64,000 nucleotides of DNA, taken from a virus. Taxonomy: Duplodnaviria > Caudoviricetes. Location of the stretch: IMG/VR virus record IMGVR_UViG_3300049023_000063, positions 1,175 to 65,174 of that record. One strand, given 5' to 3'. This document shows, piece after piece, positions 59,764-64,000 of this stretch. The translations under genes were made by a program, and so were the position numbers. The stretch's first letter is position 1; each line of letters begins with the position of its first letter. The notes under the pieces are model-generated. The model was not told the DNA's origin and made no database searches. It was given only the letters and a program-made list of their open reading frames with translations.

Positions 59764-61164
59764 TTAGGCCACGTAGGCGGCTTCTTTGATGTATGCAACA
59801 GCAGTGGTACGGCGCTTCGCCCAGTTGATGAAGCGGGTCGCACGCAGAGCCAGCGAGTGGGTCTGGAACATCGACACCATGGAGGTTGCGGTGGTGGAAC
59901 CGGTGGAAGTGTTGGTCGGGTTGTCCAGCATTTGGATGCTGGCTTCGCGGCTCACGTCCACGGTAACTTGACCATCGTCGGCCAGGAACACTTCGCGCTG
60001 GTTGACCAGGATGATCATGCAGCCCGAGTTTGGCGAACCTGGGATGTTCGCGGAGTTCGAGGTGATCACTGGGATGCCCAGCAGCTTACCGCCGTTGACG
60101 CCCATTTCTGGGTACAGAGGCAGGCCCAGCGAGTTCAGCATCAGGCTGATCTGCAGGGCTTGGTTCGGCGTCATGATCCAGACGCAATCGCTGATGTCTT
60201 GATCAGCGTCGGCCATCGACTTCAGCAGGGTTGCCAAGTCGGTACGCAGGTTTGCAGCGGCGGTGCCGGTTGCGGTGACTGCGCTAACGCCGTTGGTAAC
60301 CGATGCTGGCGAAACGTTGGCAACGGCAGCGACGTTCGGGTCAACGAACTGAACGTCCAGGAAGGTGCTGATGGTGCCAGCCAGGTCGTCACGCACCAGC
60401 AGTTCTGCCGATGGCGAGGAGCTGCGCGCCAGTTCTTCATCGATTGCCACAAGGCCGGCGCACTTGGCTTGGCCCAGCGATTGGCTGGTGAAGCCAGGCT
60501 TGGACATCGGAATCGGCGCACCCTGGCCAACCCAGTAGCCGCTCGCGGTGCCGTTTTGCTGGCCCATGCGAACGTTGAACGGGATGCGGCGCAGGTTCAG
60601 TTTGCCCAGGATGGTCATCGGACGCAGGTACTCGACAAACTCAGCGGCCAGGTTCTGGTTGTAGACCAGTTCCGAGGCCCAGCCGGAGGTGGTGGTGTCA
60701 CCAGCGGCCACGGCGGCCTTCAGAACTTGCGCGATTTCCGGGGTCTGGTCCATCCAGCGCTTTTCGTTCTGGAAGATCGCCAGCGCGTCGTTCAGGTTGC
60801 CCTTGGCGCGGATCAGGGACATCGCGAAGCGGGCGAACTTCACGCCTTTTTCGATGTTCGGACGCACGGTGATGATGCTCGATGGAGCGCCGGCGCGGTG
60901 CGAAGCTGCGGCCTTGATGGTGTCAGCGGCTTTGGTGTCAACGGCAACGGCTGCGGTCTTGTTGCGTTCTTCGTGCGCTTTCAGGCGGGCGATGTGCTCG
61001 TCCATTTCCTTGATTTCTTCAGCGTGGGTGTCGTACTGCTCCTTTTCGCTGGCGTCCAGGGTGCGCACTTCGTCGCTGGCCTTGGTCATGATCGCGTCTT
61101 GTGCGGCCACGGTTGCGGCACGCTTCTGCTCGAAAGCAGTGATTTGTTCTGCAATGGTAGGCAT
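59764..61164 (-). CDS. HK97-fold major capsid protein with N-terminal delta/scaffold domain
   Basis: Coiled-coil N-terminus; AAVAAGDTT...; LLGIPVITS; SMFQT...RA.RFINW. Confidence 0.95.
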   Translation of the reverse strand: MPTIAEQITAFEQKRAATVAAQDAIMTKASDEVRTLDASEKEQYDTHAEEIKEMDEHIARLKAHEERNKTAAVAVDTKAADTIKAAASHRAGAPSSIITVRPNIEKGVKFARFAMSLIRAKGNLNDALAIFQNEKRWMDQTPEIAQVLKAAVAAGDTTTSGWASELVYNQNLAAEFVEYLRPMTILGKLNLRRIPFNVRMGQQNGTASGYWVGQGAPIPMSKPGFTSQSLGQAKCAGLVAIDEELARSSSPSAELLVRDDLAGTISTFLDVQFVDPNVAAVANVSPASVTNGVSAVTATGTAAANLRTDLATLLKSMADADQDISDCVWIMTPNQALQISLMLNSLGLPLYPEMGVNGGKLLGIPVITSNSANIPGSPNSGCMIILVNQREVFLADDGQVTVDVSREASIQMLDNPTNTSTGSTTATSMVSMFQTHSLALRATRFINWAKRRTTAVAYIKEAAYVA

Positions 61165-61179
61165 GATTCTCTTTCCGGT

Positions 61180-61788
61180 TTATTTGAGATAGACCACACC
61201 AGGACGGCGTGGGGTTTGAGTTCCCGAGACGCCGGGAGAGGATTTGCTGATGTCTTCAGCGGAGAGGCGGACGATTGCGCTCCGGCCTTCAGGGCCAAAC
61301 GCGGCGCGGCGGATTGCTTCGTCTGCGGATTTAATAGATTGGATGGATGCTTCGGCATTTGCTGGCACCGTTACGGCACTCAACTCAAGCCATTCCCACT
61401 CCTGGTACTCGTAGCTATACGTGTCAGCGATGCGGGCATATTTGATGGGGTTGAAACCAATCGACAGGCCGCGCACCAACTTGTATTTGATGGATTGCCA
61501 AGCTTCGTCCAGGCGTTCCTTCAACTTGCCGTCTTCGGGAATGTCTGCGACCTCGCCCTTAATCTCGATACCGGTGCTGGTGACTTTTGCCTCAGTAACC
61601 CAGCCGATAGGCTGACTGTGCATGTGCTGCCAAAGCAGTGGTACAGGCAGTTTGAACTTGGCGCCCTTCGGCAGCACAACGTCGCCCATGCGGTCTGCAC
61701 TGATGGTCGATGCAACACCAGAGAACGTGCGTTTTGCGCCCGGCTCGTCCATCGCTTTGATCTCGATTTGCGCGTAGGCTCGTTTCAT
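61180..61788 (-). CDS. HK97-type prohead protease
   Basis: FSGVAST...DRMGDVV...LLWQH...PIG...GLSIGF...ELSAVTVPAN. Confidence 0.95.
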   Translation of the reverse strand: MKRAYAQIEIKAMDEPGAKRTFSGVASTISADRMGDVVLPKGAKFKLPVPLLWQHMHSQPIGWVTEAKVTSTGIEIKGEVADIPEDGKLKERLDEAWQSIKYKLVRGLSIGFNPIKYARIADTYSYEYQEWEWLELSAVTVPANAEASIQSIKSADEAIRRAAFGPEGRSAIVRLSAEDISKSSPGVSGTQTPRRPGVVYLK

Positions 61789-61849
61789 GCTGTCTCCAGA
61801 AATGCAAAAGGCCCGCGCGGTGGCGGGCCTCGGTTAGGTAATCAATGGG

Positions 61850-63508
61850 TCAAACAAAGAACATCTGGTGTTTCGCACCTGGTGCAGCGGGGTTCAACGA
61901 TAAGAGGGTGACGGCATTGAATAGCGCCATCAGTGGGTCAATCTTGGCCGAGCCGCTTGCTTGCTTAGTGATGATGATCGCGTTTCCGCGCGGTTCGACC
62001 CGTGCGTTACCCACGCTGTACGCCATCAACTCCTGGCCGGCATGTACCAATATCCCCTCTGCCAACTTACGCTCAGTGGTCTTGATCGCGCCGGTCATCT
62101 TCCAGCCTTGCGAAATGCCAACCACCATGTCCTCCGGGATGCTGGCTTCAACCAGGGCATCCAGAATCGCGCCGATCCCGCTTGGGTCAACGCCAATCTT
62201 GTCCAGCTTTCCTGAGTCGTGGATCTGCGCGCAGTAGTCAGCGACCTCCTGAACGTCCTCGCCAATGTGGCGCACGAGCGTCAAGTCACCCTGCTTTGCA
62301 AAATCCTGGAATCTCGGCGCTTCGGTTTTGCGGCGCTCCAGCACGGATGGATGCGCCCAGGCGTGCCCCCATGCCAACCATTTGCGCGTGGTCTTGCAGC
62401 GCCCAACTACGGCGAAGCCAAGCAAGTCATCCAGGCCGCCGCCGTCGATGCCAACATCAACGACTTCACATCGTTCGAGCAATTCTTCCAATGAGAAGGC
62501 GGGAATTGCCGCAGCTTCCCAGAAATCCGCGCCGGCCCACCGGTCGGAGCGCAGAGCCAAGCCGATTTCGACGTTGAGGAACTTGGCCAGGAAGCCGCGC
62601 AATTCTTCTTCGCCGGCGCTTTGTGCTTTCGCCAGCTCACGTTCCAGGTATTCCGAATCCACCGAGTACCCGTAGTTCGGGTTCACCATGTGGAAGTTCT
62701 CAGGCTTCAGGTGCTCCTTCGCCTTGATCATGTCGTCCGGGAATTCGTAGATCACCGGCACAAAGCGTGGGTCAACTAACTTCCCATCGCGCACATCGCG
62801 AGCGTACTGGAGCTTCTGCTTGAACACGCCGGCAGGCGGCTCGTTTGACTGGGTGGTCAGGTAAATGACAAAGCCCTCGGGCCTGGACGCCAGGCCACCG
62901 GTTGCCTCACGCAACATGTCGCTTGCGTTGGCCTGCTTGCCAAACAACCAGAGTTCGTCAATCAGCGTCCCGACACCCTTCTTGCCGCCTACCGTGTTGG
63001 CGTCTGCCGCGATCACCTTCAGGTTTGCATTACTCTCGCGGTGCGTAATCTGCTTGATGTGGGACTGCACGTGCAGGAGCGCTTCGAGATCTTCATCGCG
63101 CGCCACCATGTCCCAACTCGGCTTGAAGCTGTTGTTTGCCACCTCCAGCGTCGGAGCCAGGATCGCGAATTCAGCCGACTGCCGCCAATTCAGGATCAAC
63201 GCGGTCATCATGATGCCCGCCGCGATGGTGGACTTCGAGTTCTTCTTCGGCAGGCAGACGAACCATTCTGTAATCAGCCGGCGACCGGAATCCGGGTCGT
63301 ATGCACCGAAGATCGACGCTACCAGGTCAAAGACCCACTCCGCGCAAGCCTCACCAAAAGTCGGGCTGCCAGGTGCATCGACAATCTTCAACTGCTTGAA
63401 AACGTGAAGTGCCGCTTCGGCCTGTTCCGGGAATATCGGCGGCGGGATGATGCTTCGCCCTTCCTTCAGCCTATCCGCCCAATCTGGACAAGCTGTGGAC
63501 CATTCCAT
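61850..63508 (-). CDS. Terminase large subunit
   Basis: Walker A PKKNSKS, IDELW Walker B, GIDGGGLDDL and KIDP..A nuclease motifs. Confidence 0.97.
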   Translation of the reverse strand: MEWSTACPDWADRLKEGRSIIPPPIFPEQAEAALHVFKQLKIVDAPGSPTFGEACAEWVFDLVASIFGAYDPDSGRRLITEWFVCLPKKNSKSTIAAGIMMTALILNWRQSAEFAILAPTLEVANNSFKPSWDMVARDEDLEALLHVQSHIKQITHRESNANLKVIAADANTVGGKKGVGTLIDELWLFGKQANASDMLREATGGLASRPEGFVIYLTTQSNEPPAGVFKQKLQYARDVRDGKLVDPRFVPVIYEFPDDMIKAKEHLKPENFHMVNPNYGYSVDSEYLERELAKAQSAGEEELRGFLAKFLNVEIGLALRSDRWAGADFWEAAAIPAFSLEELLERCEVVDVGIDGGGLDDLLGFAVVGRCKTTRKWLAWGHAWAHPSVLERRKTEAPRFQDFAKQGDLTLVRHIGEDVQEVADYCAQIHDSGKLDKIGVDPSGIGAILDALVEASIPEDMVVGISQGWKMTGAIKTTERKLAEGILVHAGQELMAYSVGNARVEPRGNAIIITKQASGSAKIDPLMALFNAVTLLSLNPAAPGAKHQMFFV

Positions 63509-63982
63509 TTAGTGCTTCCTTTGGTTCATTGGCGCCCGGGGCGGCGGGGTCGTTGAGAACTTGCTTGCCGCCTGCTTGGCGGCATTTGCCTTTTCGGCGT
63601 TCTTGCCACCATCGCCAGGCTTGGCATGCTGGAAGTCAACAATCTTCTTCGCGCAGTCGATCCGATACTTTTTATCCAACTCGGGATCATTCATGCAGGC
63701 GATCAGGAAATTCAGCGCATCGGTGTGCAATAGCACTTTTGCAACATCGAATGAGGGACTTACGTACTCCGGTGGCGCGTCTTGCTGCGGCTTATCTGGT
63801 GCTTTTTTGACATCCTTCTTGCACTGTTTTAGGTAAGCAACAACATCCTTATCTTTAACAAGACGTGACCCGGCCTGTGATGCGGTCGCGGCGCTGTAGC
63901 CAGCCTTAATCGCTGCGTCCTTATTGGAGAAACCAGCTATCACGGCAGTGGCAAACTTTAATTTTCTGCCTGTTAAAGCCAT
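63509..63982 (-). CDS. Terminase small subunit
   Basis: HTH N-terminus SNKDAAIKAGYS..TAS..GSRL; abuts the large subunit gene. Confidence 0.9.
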   Translation of the reverse strand: MALTGRKLKFATAVIAGFSNKDAAIKAGYSAATASQAGSRLVKDKDVVAYLKQCKKDVKKAPDKPQQDAPPEYVSPSFDVAKVLLHTDALNFLIACMNDPELDKKYRIDCAKKIVDFQHAKPGDGGKNAEKANAAKQAASKFSTTPPPRAPMNQRKH

Positions 63983-64000
63983 TAACAAAATCCCCTATCC

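Noticed and set aside
59707-61911. 734-aa plus-strand ORF
   Set aside because: Antisense shadow of the capsid and protease genes caused by codon bias; no motifs.

Overview
The whole window is one temperate, lambdoid-organised tailed phage with an HK97-type head, a lambda-like tail and a GTA-like baseplate. The host is probably a Burkholderiales bacterium (inference). No host housekeeping genes are visible. Left to right: (i) distal late genes on the minus strand (repeat-rich structural proteins, a densely structured non-coding stretch with a tRNA-like fold, pR'/tR', Q-like antiterminator); (ii) the early-right operon (ssb, DnaC-like loader, initiator with iterons, ParB-like protein, HNH, an IS3 element splitting a small gene, NinG, DNA MTase, a 12-bp-repeat protein, cII/cro); (iii) an immunity region with five 17-bp operators and a CI lacking a peptidase domain; (iv) the early-left operon (RdgC, mosaic ORFs, xis); (v) an intact attP-like site (tRNA 3'-end core with arm repeats on both sides) followed by the integrase and a LexA-boxed GIY-YIG gene; (vi) the late operon on the minus strand, read from terminase through head, tail and lysis to an accessory enzyme cassette. 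Phage genes on both sides of the att core imply the excised/circular form or a tandem-prophage junction. The best candidate for an undescribed system is a five-gene cassette at 52742-56127, translationally coupled between the two head-tail joining genes. It encodes Maf/CstII-like, GT9-like and GT29-like glycosyltransferases plus two SAM methyltransferases, and may glycosylate the virion. Other leads are a SinI-like mimic of the CI C-terminal domain, the LexA-controlled GIY-YIG gene, an Ntn-hydrolase/phosphoesterase/dNTP-diphosphohydrolase cassette, and the structured RNA. All family assignments come from motif recognition by eye; no searches were run.
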